58,465 nt of DNA. Source: a virus. Taxonomy: Duplodnaviria > Caudoviricetes. Below the pieces are notes generated by a model. The model did not search any database and had not been told where the DNA came from. It saw only the letters and a program-made list of their open reading frames with translations. Positions 17,077-29,500 of the stretch are shown here, piece by piece. Each line of letters begins with the position of its first letter. Position 1 is the first letter of the stretch. The position numbers were made by a program, and so were the translations under genes. The stretch lies in IMG/VR virus record IMGVR_UViG_3300030108_003227, positions 1-58,465 of that record, one strand, 5' to 3'.

Positions 17077-17517
17077 ATGTCTTCGCCTCTTTTCCCTGAT
17101 TTTGGTAGTTTTAGTTCCGGAAACCCTTTACTTGATTATTTGTCAGGGTTTGAAGGTAACACTCAAGGGGCGCAATCGCTTCCAGAACCACAGAGCACAA
17201 GTCTTCCTTCTAAGGAGGAAGACAGAAAAAAAGTGTCTGGAGATAAAAGGCGTAAAAAAAGAAGAAGAAGATTGTTGGCCCGTGCCCAACAGCAAGTGCC
17301 GCAAGCACAGCAAGCACAGCAAGCACAGCAAGCACAGCAAAATAGGGGTCTAACTACTGGTGGTCTAACTACTGGTGGTCTAACTACTGGTGGTCTAACT
17401 ACTGGTGGTCTAACTACTGGAACAGTTGGAGAGTCGTCTATTAGCGAAGACTCTCCTATGGCCCCTTACAGGGGGTTGGGTAGGAACCCTAACTCACGAA
17501 TCGGACAAGGAGGATAA
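17077..17517 (+). CDS. Low-complexity protein, 146 aa
   Basis: Basic patch, (QAQ)n and (GLTTG)5 repeats. Confidence 0.55.
   Translation: MSSPLFPDFGSFSSGNPLLDYLSGFEGNTQGAQSLPEPQSTSLPSKEEDRKKVSGDKRRKKRRRRLLARAQQQVPQAQQAQQAQQAQQNRGLTTGGLTTGGLTTGGLTTGGLTTGTVGESSISEDSPMAPYRGLGRNPNSRIGQGG
17302..17420 (+). repeat. Tandem repeats (CAAGCACAG)x4 and (GGTCTAACTACTGGT)x5
   Basis: Read directly at 17302-17337 and 17347-17420. Confidence 0.92.
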
Positions 17518-17528
17518 TTTAGTTAATT

Positions 17529-19382
17529 ATGAGCAGAGGAAGAAGAAACCGCCGCAATAGAAGAAATCTAGGGCCATCAAGAGGACGAGGGCAACGTAGA
17601 AACTTAGGGCCATTAAGAAGGCCCACGACAAGTCCAGCTAGTCCAGTTCGTCCTAGACTAACCCCGCCAGTTAGCAATCCTGTTCATGGCCCCTTCGCCC
17701 CGACCCCTTACAACCCTAGCCCTATGCGGCAAGGTTTACGCCTACCAGCTTCTCATCCAGCCTACGCAGTAGGCAATCGCCCTACGACTTCTCCTCGCGT
17801 CCCTTCTACTAGGGGGCCTATGCATGGACCTAAAGTTCCAAGTAGATACACACAATTCATACATGGTTCAGGTCCATCTAAATTTGCTGCTGCTGGGAAA
17901 TACGCTGCAAGAGCAACACCTTTGTATTTAGGTGTCATGGCGGTAGATGCCGCACAAAGATTTGGTAGCGGGGAACAAGCTCAGATGCGCCGTGAACAAG
18001 ACCTTAGCAGATGGGCTGCGCGGGATTATGGTAATGCCCAATATGATCCCGACACGGGAGAGTTGGTAAAACCATCTACTGCTTTGGGGACCGTTCTTGG
18101 CGGGGCTGGACGTGCTCTTGAGGCACAACTTGACCCTGTTGGAACTTTATCTGCGTTTGGCCAAACTATGGGTCAGGTGGGGGAGCAAATTTTTACTGAT
18201 AAAGGTAAAGGTTACGATCCTATGGCGCACGGGGAGAAAGGCTTGATTGGTGACGAACAAATACAAGCTGGTGAAAAACTTAGAGACTACAGGCAACGCC
18301 GTGTTAGTAAGTTGTTTGAAGGGGTCGAAGGTGTAGGAAAACAATTTTTACCCTCTGCGTTTGTGGCGGAAGGGATGGGATCAGAGAGGGCCTTTTTGGA
18401 AGGCCGTGCAGGAGACCCAGAATTTTCAGCGGCTGAAAAACGGCGGGTGATGGAGATTGAAAAGCTCTCCGCTGAAAGAGCAGGCAGAGATCCTCTTTCT
18501 TATGAAGAGGTGATGAAAAGACGGCAAGGGGCAACGAGCAGCAAGGCTGGAAAATTCTTTGACGCAGAAGACCGAAAGGAGTTTGCAAGATTAGCCAAAG
18601 AAGAGCCTCAAACTCTTATGGCCATGTTTGATGCTGACAAAGATGGCGAACTTTCTAATAGAGAACGAAAGGCTATTTTTGATCCGCAAATTGGATTTAA
18701 GGCTAGACGCCAAGCTGTTCTTGCCCAAGAAGAAGAAGCCAAAGCACAAGCTGCAAGGAGCTACGGAGTTGATGCTACACGCGATGCTTTATCTATGTTC
18801 CCCATGCAAGCAGCAGCCGCTCTTGATAAAAGAAAAGCTCGCAAAGAAAAAAGAGCCGCAAGAGCAGAAAAGAAAGCGCAAGAGAAGTCCGAAAAGAAAG
18901 CAGCTAAGGCCGAACAGCTTAAGAAAGACCGCATAGCTTTTGCTAAAGGACTCGAAAGTGATCTGGGGTATGACGACTCTCCTTCCAGTGCATTTCAAAA
19001 CCCAGAAACTCGGCAACGAATTATGGTGGAAGCCTTTAAGCGTGGGGAAGAACTTGGTGTTTCAAAACCTCAAGTTCGTATGTTCCTTCGCAATAAAGGA
19101 CTTTTGGATAAAGGGTTTAGTGAGTCTTATGCTGATTTCCATAAACGCACCACAAGCGGAGGTGGGCTAACCACAGGATCTGTTGGGGCAAGGAGAACAG
19201 TTGGGAGAGGTCCAAAAACTGAAACTGGTGGGGTAACCACACAAGATGGACGAGCCGCAGATGCTGCTAGAAAAGCATACATGGAGGATCTTATGCGGAG
19301 ACGTATGCTTCCGTATCAAGATGGACCAGCCATAACTAGGGATTTCAAACAAACTAATATCCCATCTACTATACTTAAATGA
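17529..19382 (+). CDS. Putative internal virion/ejection protein, 617 aa
   Basis: No Cys seen; Arg/Pro-rich N-terminus; EF-hand-like loop DADKDGELSNRE; precedes the giant protein. Confidence 0.5.
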   Translation: MSRGRRNRRNRRNLGPSRGRGQRRNLGPLRRPTTSPASPVRPRLTPPVSNPVHGPFAPTPYNPSPMRQGLRLPASHPAYAVGNRPTTSPRVPSTRGPMHGPKVPSRYTQFIHGSGPSKFAAAGKYAARATPLYLGVMAVDAAQRFGSGEQAQMRREQDLSRWAARDYGNAQYDPDTGELVKPSTALGTVLGGAGRALEAQLDPVGTLSAFGQTMGQVGEQIFTDKGKGYDPMAHGEKGLIGDEQIQAGEKLRDYRQRRVSKLFEGVEGVGKQFLPSAFVAEGMGSERAFLEGRAGDPEFSAAEKRRVMEIEKLSAERAGRDPLSYEEVMKRRQGATSSKAGKFFDAEDRKEFARLAKEEPQTLMAMFDADKDGELSNRERKAIFDPQIGFKARRQAVLAQEEEAKAQAARSYGVDATRDALSMFPMQAAAALDKRKARKEKRAARAEKKAQEKSEKKAAKAEQLKKDRIAFAKGLESDLGYDDSPSSAFQNPETRQRIMVEAFKRGEELGVSKPQVRMFLRNKGLLDKGFSESYADFHKRTTSGGGLTTGSVGARRTVGRGPKTETGGVTTQDGRAADAARKAYMEDLMRRRMLPYQDGPAITRDFKQTNIPSTILK

Positions 19383-20491
19383 GCAGGTATAACCCAACCA
19401 CTCCCGATGCTTTATACGGGGAGCTTCAACCAGAAGCTATGACGGCTGGGATGAAAGGCGCATTGTTTGGTCCTGAAACAATCGCTGCCATGATGCCCAC
19501 TGAAGGTATGAGTCAGACTGAGAGGGATCGGATAATGCGCGGTCTTCAGACTGAACTTATACCGATGCAGGATGCATATGAGGCAGCTCAAGCTAGGCGG
19601 GATAAACAAGAGATGGACCGTCAAAGGTTTATGATGGCGCAGGAGTCGCATCGAGCAGCATTACGTGCGTCTCAGATTTCATTTGATAAGTCTAAGTTTG
19701 ATTTAGAAAAATCAATTAAAGACGCCAAAATGGAATCCAGTATTGCAGAGCGTATGCCTGTCGTGGTTAGCCAGTTGGACGCTATTGATAAAGATCCCTC
19801 TCTCAATCCCTTTGAAAAGTCCAGTCAAGCAGCGCGGTTACAGGGGCAGTATGCTTCAGAAATTGCAAGAGTTCCTGCGTTGGGGAATCTTTTCAAATCA
19901 TACCAGACATCTATCGGAGCGCAAAAAGCTCAAGAGTCCCAAGAGTTTAATAGAGCATTTCAGTTTGGGCAACAGGGCTATGGGCCTGATACTACAATTA
20001 CTGATTTTGCTTCGGGTCAAAAAGCAAAGAAAGACGCAGCTCTGGCACAAGCAGGTAGAGATAATCAGATTAAGTATCTGACTGAAGAAACACAATACTT
20101 CGACACGCTACAAAAGCGGATTGATAATCTGGATACCATGTATGCAGCGGCTGATACTGCTGCTAGTTTTGCGGGGGAAGCGGCTGGTCAGTATGGCGAT
20201 GACGCACCAAAAGTTGATCGCACTAAACCAAAGATTTACACGGAAGAAGCCAAGAATGAGGCTATTTTCCTCGCACAAGAAATTGCTCGCCAAGGTAACA
20301 GGACGCCTGAAGAAACGCAGGCACTTACCGCACAAGCAACAGATATGTCTACGTTTATCCCGCTTCTGCGGAGAGAGCTACTTAATTTGAGGCGCGTCAA
20401 TCTTGATAGGTATGGTGTCCTTACAGGAGCAATAGCTTCTGGTGATAATGCACCAACCGCAACCACCAGTGTAGGTAGCTGGGGGGAATAA
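19379..20491 (+). CDS. Putative internal virion/ejection protein, 370 aa
   Basis: Helical A/Q-rich, no Cys seen; position. Confidence 0.5.
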   Translation: MSRYNPTTPDALYGELQPEAMTAGMKGALFGPETIAAMMPTEGMSQTERDRIMRGLQTELIPMQDAYEAAQARRDKQEMDRQRFMMAQESHRAALRASQISFDKSKFDLEKSIKDAKMESSIAERMPVVVSQLDAIDKDPSLNPFEKSSQAARLQGQYASEIARVPALGNLFKSYQTSIGAQKAQESQEFNRAFQFGQQGYGPDTTITDFASGQKAKKDAALAQAGRDNQIKYLTEETQYFDTLQKRIDNLDTMYAAADTAASFAGEAAGQYGDDAPKVDRTKPKIYTEEAKNEAIFLAQEIARQGNRTPEETQALTAQATDMSTFIPLLRRELLNLRRVNLDRYGVLTGAIASGDNAPTATTSVGSWGE

Positions 20492-20547
20492 ACATAAGTT
20501 TTACATAAGAAGAGTTAGTTAAAATTACATACCCAAGTCTTACTGCT

Positions 20548-23500
20548 ATGTCAGAAGAACAGTTTAATCCATTGGATGTCCTAAAAAGAGCAGAAGATAT
20601 TCTGCCTTCCGAGCCTACCGCAGATCAGAGAATCGAAGTTTCCGGTTACGATGACTGGTTAAAAAATCAAGACATCCAAGACCCTCTTGAGGGGCACCTT
20701 GGGTATGGTGATTATCTCCGTGAAGAGTATGTAAAAGCTGAAGCATACAACGGTGGTATTGAGCGCAAGATCAAAGAAGAGTTGGGGGCTGCGCTTGTTG
20801 GTAAAGGGTTGCTCACTAATGAGAATAAAGATGAGGTAACCAGCCGGATTGACGCTTACGGTAAACCTGATTTTGAGAAACAGGTTAGGGACATGGTTGC
20901 CCATACAGGGCTGGAGCAAGATGATTGGCATAATGGAGCCGCATACCTTGCTAAGAAAGACACAGCCACTCCGGAAGAACTTGAGTCCATTCTGGAGCAG
21001 GCTGAATCTTCAGTAAACAGAACACGCAATGCCGTGTTGCAGTCCAAGCTGGACTCAGGAGAGATAGCTTTTGCTCGATTTACGAGTGAAGACGGACGGA
21101 GCTATGTCAAAGCTGGGGACGCTGCCATGCAAATACCAATGCACGAAGCCCTTCGCAGGTCACGCGAAGCAGGGGGCGGTGTCAACATGGCTGATGCGCT
21201 GGAGATCCAATCTACAGGACTGTTGGACACACCCGAGGGTATGAGCGCACCGCGCTATAAACTTGTCCAACTGAGTGAGCTAGAAAAGCTAATCCATGCA
21301 GAAATAAAAAATGACCCCAAAATTGCTATCCAAGTAGAAGCGTTGGGTAAACGAATGGCTGAGAACGACTATAGTTCCTTTGACCATTTTGAAGAAGGGT
21401 TTCGCAAGCGGGTGTCTTTGCCCGTAAGAAAGTTCTTTGAGAACATGATCGGGACAATATCCGATCCAAAACCTTTGGGGACAGAAAGAGAAGAAGCGGT
21501 TGATCGTGCGATGTCAAAAGACATTGATGAAACCGTTATGGAAATTTCCAATAAATACAATAAAGACCCAGACGCAGTGCGGACTGCTCTTCAAGAGGTG
21601 GTTGTTAATAACGCCCCTATGAAGGTTTTTAAGGATGAGTCTAACGTAGGTGATAATATCAGGTTAGACGGTTATGGACTTCCGTATGTCCCTGCCGCTG
21701 TAAAACTGAATGACGATCTTTTTGAATCTGCGCTTGAAGCTAGGTCAGACATTTCGGCAGCTACCAAGGAAGCTCTGCGGACAGAGCGTGATTCTTTCCT
21801 CACGACTAACTTTGTTGATATAAGTAAAAAACTTACTGAATCAGAGCTATCTAAAGATTGGTTAGACCACCTTAACAAAGGAAGAAAAAGTGGGCTTAAG
21901 GACAGAGACATCCTGTCTGCCTTTACGTCTAACCCAGACAACCGCACTTACGCCGATACTATTTTTGGCGACCTAGACCTTGGCTGGCGCGATCTCTACA
22001 GACCTCTTACTTCTGCGTTCTCCACAGTGTTTGCATTGGGTGGTGCTGATTGGGCTAAAGAACACCTAAAAGATATTGCAGAGGACAATAACCAAAGGCG
22101 GGAACTTGCAGAACTTTTTGGGGGTAAATTGGGGATGGCCCAAGACCTGATTAAACTGGCCCCTGAAGTAACAGTAGATATTGGAGCTACTGCTCTTCTG
22201 TCAAAGTTTGGTGGCCGCGCAGCAGCTACATCACTTGCTGCTACAAAAGCGCCCTTGTATTCCAGCATGACCAAAAAGGGTGTGCTAAAGGCTTTGACCA
22301 CAAATGCCTTTAGGCGTAAGGCGGGGCAAGAAACCGCAGACCTTGCCGAGAACCTTGCAGCCCAGAACCTAATTCGGAACGCAACAAGCAAGACCGCTCT
22401 TGATGCGCTGGAGGCTTACAACAAAGTAAACCTCAGAGCTATCACTGTAAGTTCAATAGGACTCACTGCGGCTAACCGTTCGGCGGGGGCTACTTACGGC
22501 ACTGTTTACAACCAGATGCTCAAGTCGGGAGCCTCAGAAGAAGACGCGCATGATCGAGCACTTGGGACAGGCATGGTAGCAGGGACCGTAACTGGTTTAA
22601 TTACTGGTTCGTTTTCTGCGTTTGGTGTTGGGGGTATGGAAGATGCGCTTCTTAGCGGGATGTCCTACAGGAACCTCAAAGACATTTCTAACCGTATAAT
22701 TCAAAAAGCAGATCATGTCTCTATTGATGGTGTATCGGATGCACTTTTGCAGTCGGCAATTAAAGAGTCAGCCAAGTCTGTTTTGCGTAAAAACTTTTTT
22801 GGCAAAGGGATTTTAAAAGCAGGCAGCGCAGAATTTGCAGAAGAGGCATTGGATGAATTTGTAAATACATTTGTTACTGATGCTGGTCTGGAGCAGGACA
22901 CTCCTATTTTTGACCATATGAAGCACTCACTTTATGCTGGTGTGCTTGGTGGCATCATGGGTTCTGCCGCTCCTGTAATTTCTTCGGCAGCAAGGCGCGT
23001 TCGTCCCGACAGGATGCGGGAGGTTCAAGAAGCCCGTGCGTATGAGCAACGGATTATTACAGATATAACTGATCGCCTTAAGGAAGCTAACAGTGAGGTA
23101 ACCGCCGATGTCGTAAAAGACATACTGGAAGCAGACCTGTATACAATGCCTCAACAAGAGGTTGTAACAGAGAGCGACATTGATGCTGAAACTTTAGCGG
23201 AAACACAAGACGCCCCGCCAGAAACACTAGAAGAGTTTCTTAGTGCATTTAATACTGTATCAGAAGAAGACATACAGGAAGAAATTGAATCTGTGATGGG
23301 TCCGCGACTCGCACAGATGGAAAGAGATGTCACCAAAGAGGATGATCAATCAGTGTTCATTCTTGATGAAGCGGGAGAAGGTATTGTTTACACCAACGAT
23401 TTAGTTCCTGCGGATAAAAATCTAACTCCTGAGCTTAGTGAGAAGTTGGAAACAAAACCACACTTACTGACTATGGATCAGACTTTGTGGGAATCTTATG

Positions 23501-26500
23501 ACCCTGAATTTGCTGCTCTTGTAAAAGACCGCTTTAAGAAAGACAAAGACGGCAAGTTGGCGTCACCTCTTTCTGAGCAGCAACAGGATTTTGTAGATGC
23601 AAAGATACAGGAGTTTGCAGCAGCCCAGCGGAAAATAGTTGAACTGGCTGCCAAGAAGGGGAGGCCGATTAAAACCCCGACTCTTGGTCCGCAGCCGCTT
23701 GAAGACTTAGGCTTAACCAAAGAAGAATATTTTGAATTAGACAGGCTTCGGATGGAAGACCGAGGAGAAGTTGGTGTTGTTGCAGGCACAAGTCTTGGAG
23801 TCGAAAGAATATTTAACACCAAGCCTGTTAGTGAGCAGACAGGTGACGAGGGCATCGAAACGGTGACTAAGTTCCAACTGATCACAAAAGTTACTTATGA
23901 TTCAAATGACACTGCTCCTTTTGTTGTTGCGCCTAATGCAGAAAGAACCGTATCCGATGATGGCAGCATAACGGACATTATTTCTCGCGGTTACTTCAGC
24001 ACTAAAAAAGAAGCTCAAAAAGAAGCTAAGAATGTAGAGGATGTTACAGGATTAAAGGCCGAAATTGTTCCGGTAAGTGTTCCTGTTAAGAAAAGAAAGA
24101 AAGTAGAAGTTGGGGATGTTGAAGTAGCGAAGGTTACTGAGTATCAAGTTTTCATAACTAAAAAAGCAGAACCAGAAGTAGAGGAGGAAGTAGAAGAGGA
24201 AGAGGAAGTGGAGGAGTTGGCCCCGATGCCAGAGGTTGGTGAAACAATTAAGTATCTACCTTATCCTAATGCAAAAGAACTTGAGACCGCAGAAGTCAGA
24301 AAGATAACCGACGAAGGTATTATTCTGGTTGAGGATAAAGAGATGGGCGCAGAAGTTGAGGTCAAGCTATCCGAGATAGTAACTGATAAGAAGGAAGCCA
24401 AGAGAGCAGCTAAGACAACTAGGAAAAGAACCAAGAAGCCCAAGGAACCTAAAGCCGAACTTGTTGCTTCTTTTGGCACACAGGAAGAAGCTAATCAAAA
24501 AGTAGAAGAACTAAGAAAACAGTATACTGTCGAGCAGGCCGATATTGAGATCAAGCCTGTAAAGAAAGATAGAACTGATTTCTCAGGTGTTACTTCTGGT
24601 GGTGTCCCTGTTTTTGAAGAAGGTGGTTTAGAGCAGCGAGCAGAGGCAGAAAGTGCAACGCACAATGACATGCTCAACAGGATCAAAGAACTAGGTAAAA
24701 AACTAAATGATCCTGTTAAAGTCCGCGATGGTAAAAAACCTTTGCTCACTTTCAAAGAAGCGCGTGAAAAACTAATTGAACTCCTAGACAAAAAAAATGA
24801 CAAGGAAGCAAAGGCAGAAAGAAAAGAGCAGCGTGATGCTTTTGAGGAGATTGAAGACACTTACGAGAAAGCTATCCAACAGGCTGAGTTTGACTTTGAG
24901 GTTGGGGATATAAATGCGGCACTTCTTGAGATAGAAAAAAAAGCGGCTCTTACAAGTCGGTATCAGAAACTTGTTAAACTTCGTAGGAACAAAAAAGCGC
25001 AGGATCTTCTTAAAGAAGCACAAAAAAAACAAGCCGAAGGCACTCCTCTTTTAATTAAAGGCAGAGGGAATACGTTAAGAGAAGGGCAGATAATTAAAGA
25101 TAAGAACGGCAACTTGCAGTTAAAACCGCTTCGTGGCAGGGACAAAAACCCAATCACACCCGTTGACGTAAATGGAAACATATATCTGGTTACAAGTAAG
25201 ATTGACCCCATTACAAAACAAAAGGTGTGGCACGAATTTGGGCGGCAGGATGTTGGGGCCAACTACAACACCAAAGAGAAATTTATCCAGTATCTTAAAT
25301 ATGGCCCTAAAGACGCGCCGTCAAAAATGCCTTGGGAGGGCTTACGTTTAAGTGCCGAGGAGAGCGCGGAAGTTGGTGCAATAGCAAATTACGGATTGCC
25401 CCCAGCGGGTTTGTCCCAGACCAAAAGGTTTGGTATTACCAAACAGAGAAAAGCTAAGGGTTTTTACCCATCCCTAAACAGGGCGATAACAAAAAGGATA
25501 TACCAACTGTATCCTGTCTTGCCTGTTAGCAGACCTACGAATGGTAGTGTCATAACAGCAGTGGATAAAGTTACAGGTTATTCACCTTGGGCTGAAGTTA
25601 CTTCTGAAAAAGGAAGAGTAGTTAAGGGTAAGAAAAGAAAAGACCCAAACCTGTTCCCAGCACAACCAACCAGTTACAGGCCAAAAGCATTTGTTTATAA
25701 AAATGGAGTGGGTGTGTTCGACAACGACCCCATTGCCATGTCTGTGTTGTTGGGTAAGCACCCGATAATCATTCCGGATAGTTTTACAGGTCGTATAAAC
25801 AAAGCCTTCCGCTACCAAAGAATAGATGGTGATTTGGTTGTGACTGATATCGTTGGTGTTGGGGCGAATGGCGTAGCCCAATCAATGAAGCGAAAGAAGG
25901 AAACAACCATTCCATTCTCTCGCGTGGCCTTGGATAAGGAGGCTGGGTTTCTTGGGCTTTTCAAATCGTTGTCACTATTCAGAAATGACAAGACTGGCAA
26001 AACAGCAGAAGTAGAAAACCCCAACGGCGCAGGGATCACTACCGTTGAGGATCTTCTTAATGACCTTAACGACATTATTGAAAATGCAGGTAAGGTTAAT
26101 TTGGAAGAAGAAGCGAGGCTTTCTGATAGAAAGCGTATAGCGGGTATGAAACTTGGCGAGGACGCCACGATTGAAGACCAGCAAAATGCTTTAGAGTCTA
26201 TTGGCTATTCCAGCAAACGTGCAGCCGCCGAGATAGAGAGGCTGAGACAGGACATTCGTATTACGCAAGACCAAATCCTTATTGCCGAGACAAGGGAAGA
26301 AAGTGACAGACTTAACGAGGTGTTGTCTGCAAGGCAAGGGGAGCTTGGTGTTGCACTCATTGAGTTTAGTAATTCTGTAATTCCTGCTGCTAAAATTCTG
26401 GCTGTTGCTGATGAGAATGTTAAAGACAATCTTGATAGGTATACAAAAGCAGAAGGAGAAGTTAAAAGTTTACAACGGAGAATTGACGAGCTTGCTGATA

Positions 26501-29500
26501 CCGAGAAAAAGATCAACAAACTTGGCAAAAGTGGTTCGGTCAGTAAGTTTGTTTTTGGTATAGGTGAGCTAAAAGCGGAAATACAAAACGATCCTAACAA
26601 CCAAGACTTGGTTGATAGACTTGCGGCACTGGAAAAAGAAGCGCAAGCAAACAAAAAATATCAGGAATACGAAGCCGCTCGTAAAAAGTATCTCGATCTA
26701 CTCGACGATAAGGCTAATAAAAATATTGCTGATCAAATAGCTAACGCCCAAGAAAGACAGACACTCCAACTTGAAGGTTTGCACCGTGCTGTTCTCGCAA
26801 AAGAAAAAGTTATTGCAGGTGGTTCCGTTGCAGCAACCAGAGATCCTTTTGCTGCTAAGAAATATCTGGACCGCATCCTATCGTCGAGGCGAAGTGGTAA
26901 GATCGAAGAAGAATTCCGTGGTGATGCTGAAGCAGCTTTACGCACAGAATATGAGCTACACGCCTTGATGTTCCAGCTTCGTCAGGACATGCGCCCCTTT
27001 GTTGATTCTGATGGAAACTTTATAGACGGCGAGGCGAAAGCAAATATAAGAAAAGCAATTTCAATCTTACTTAGTAGGATCGACCATCCTCTTATTGCTG
27101 GTCCGACAGCAAAGAAAACGGCTAAGGGAGCCATCGCCAAGGAAGCAAAGCAGGAGTTTGCTGTTGTGCTCAATAACCTTGCCGACTTGGGCATGGATAA
27201 CGCAGATGTAAACCACGTTGAAGTTTATCGTCAGTTTATTGAAAAGCTGTTTATTAACGGACCAACGTATTGGGCAAGGGGGGATACACTCCCATCTTTT
27301 GAGGCTGTGGGCCAACGTGTAGCGAACAATATTCTTAAACAGCAAGCACGCCGTAATGTCCGCAACAGAAACAAAAAACTCTATGGGCAAGATTCAATTC
27401 CGTATCCTGATGTTGAAGAGCGTCTTTCAGAAGAAGAAAGACTGAGTGGTGAAGACAAGGGACAGTCGTTGTTCTTCAGACACTTTATTTCTTACGACCT
27501 AAAACAAGACGAATTGTTGTTCCTTATTGATGACCTTCAGCAAGACGTAATTAACATTCTGGAAAACAACCCAGAAATAAGACGCGCTTTTGACACACTA
27601 CTTAAAGAAGGTCCATTCATAGAAATGCCGGACTTCAATCCCGCAGAACTCAGTGCAGAAAGTGCTTGGGCTGAAATGGTGGCATATGTTCGGCAAGCCA
27701 GCATTGGGGAGACCTTGGGTGTGGAGGGTCCAGAAGGTGCTACTGGTGCGGCTGGCGTAGAGGGCGGTTCCGCTGTGACTATTGATGGACAGTTAGTGCG
27801 CCGAAAAATTGCGACTGGAAATGTCGCGCCGTTGGCATTTCTTAAAAAACTAGAAAAAGGTTCAACTCCAGAAGCGCAGGCAATCAAACGAGCTTTTCGT
27901 ATATATCGAATGGCTGACTTTGAGTTTAGCCGTGACCCATTCAAGATTGCTAACCCAGAAAATATTGCTGGTCTTAAAGAGACCTTGGCCGACCCCACAG
28001 TAAGCGCCGAAGAAAAGTCAGCAGTTACGGAACAACTTAGTGAAGTTGATGATGCACTTGAGTATACTAATTGGCTCAAAGACGAAATACGTTATCAGTT
28101 GGCACATAGGGTAGATGGCAATCTGGACCTGCCCTCTGAACTCAGGGAGACAATCCTTACCTTCCAAGCTCAGAATGTGCATAAGGCGATTAACGAGATG
28201 CAAGCACGCAGCTTTTTCTCCAAGTCTCAATTCGCCAAAGCAATAGACGTAGCTGTTGCGGGGACCGTAAACAACAGGAACATACTAAGGTTAGGGTTGG
28301 ATAACACCTCAGAGTCCGTCTTGAAAGCGATGGACAAAATTTACGCCTCAGAACCAAAGGAATACCAGCGTAAGATGGCAAGGCTGTTTGGTTCTGACCA
28401 ACCGAATGCTGGTTTTGTTCGGGGTGTTCGTTTCCAACTTGGTCTTATTGACAACTCTTACGCGAGCAAAACAGAAGTTCTTGCTGACGGGAGAATTGGG
28501 GTGACCCTCAATGCAAAAGGGTGGAATGGAAGAGGCGTTACAGACACACTGATACGGTCTTTCCTGCACGCTAAATTGCTACACAACCTGAAGAGCGCAG
28601 AGCTTACTGAGAAACAACAAGCGGCAAAGGGGAAGATCGAAGCAACGCTTAAGGCATTAAGAAAGAAGTTTGGCGGTAATACACAACCCGTAATGCGGTC
28701 TGGGACCAAATCACTTAAGGACTTTGTTGATCACATTTTTGACTCCTCTGATTTTCAGTCAGCATTAAAAGTGCGCTTGAGTAAAAAAGGGATGCCGAGC
28801 TTTGACCAGACTCTTAATAGCCTGCTCATTTTAACTGACCAAAGAGCAGAAGTTAATGGGGATGCTAAGTTCAAAAAATCCTTTAAGGATATGGTAGACC
28901 TTGCTGGGTTTACCTACTCGTCCCCCACCACCCCTGCTGGTGTCCGCGACGAAGCTGTAACCCACGCAGGACAGGCTCTTGCAGAGCACGACAATGTTCA
29001 CAGGATTCTTGGTTCAAGACTGAAAAAACAAAACGAAGAAAAAGAATTAAGTGAAGAGGATAAGAAGGAACTAAGCGAGAGAGCAAACCTTCTTGCAGCG
29101 GTGGCCATGTCGAGAGTGCCAGCAGAAATCGAAGTTGTTATGACTTCGATCCCTAATGGAAAAGTAGCCGCTTTCGATATGGTTTCTGGTCAACTTCTTT
29201 TCGACCCTAGAAATGCCGCCATTGCCACACTGGAACGGGGCATGGACAGGGTAAGCTCACAAGGAATGATTGGCCGTGTCATCCGAGAAGAGATGGCACA
29301 CAAGTCAGCCAAGGCCGCGCTTACAGCGGGAATGGTAAAAGCAGTTATGGATGCTTCGTCCGATGTGGATTACCAGAATGACATCGACGCCTACTACGGG
29401 GAAGGAACACCCGAAGCTGAAGCCGCCGCGAGCCGTCTTAAAGATCCTTCCTCTGAAGTAGCGTTTAAGGAGAAAGAACGCCTCGTCCAAGAACGCCTCG

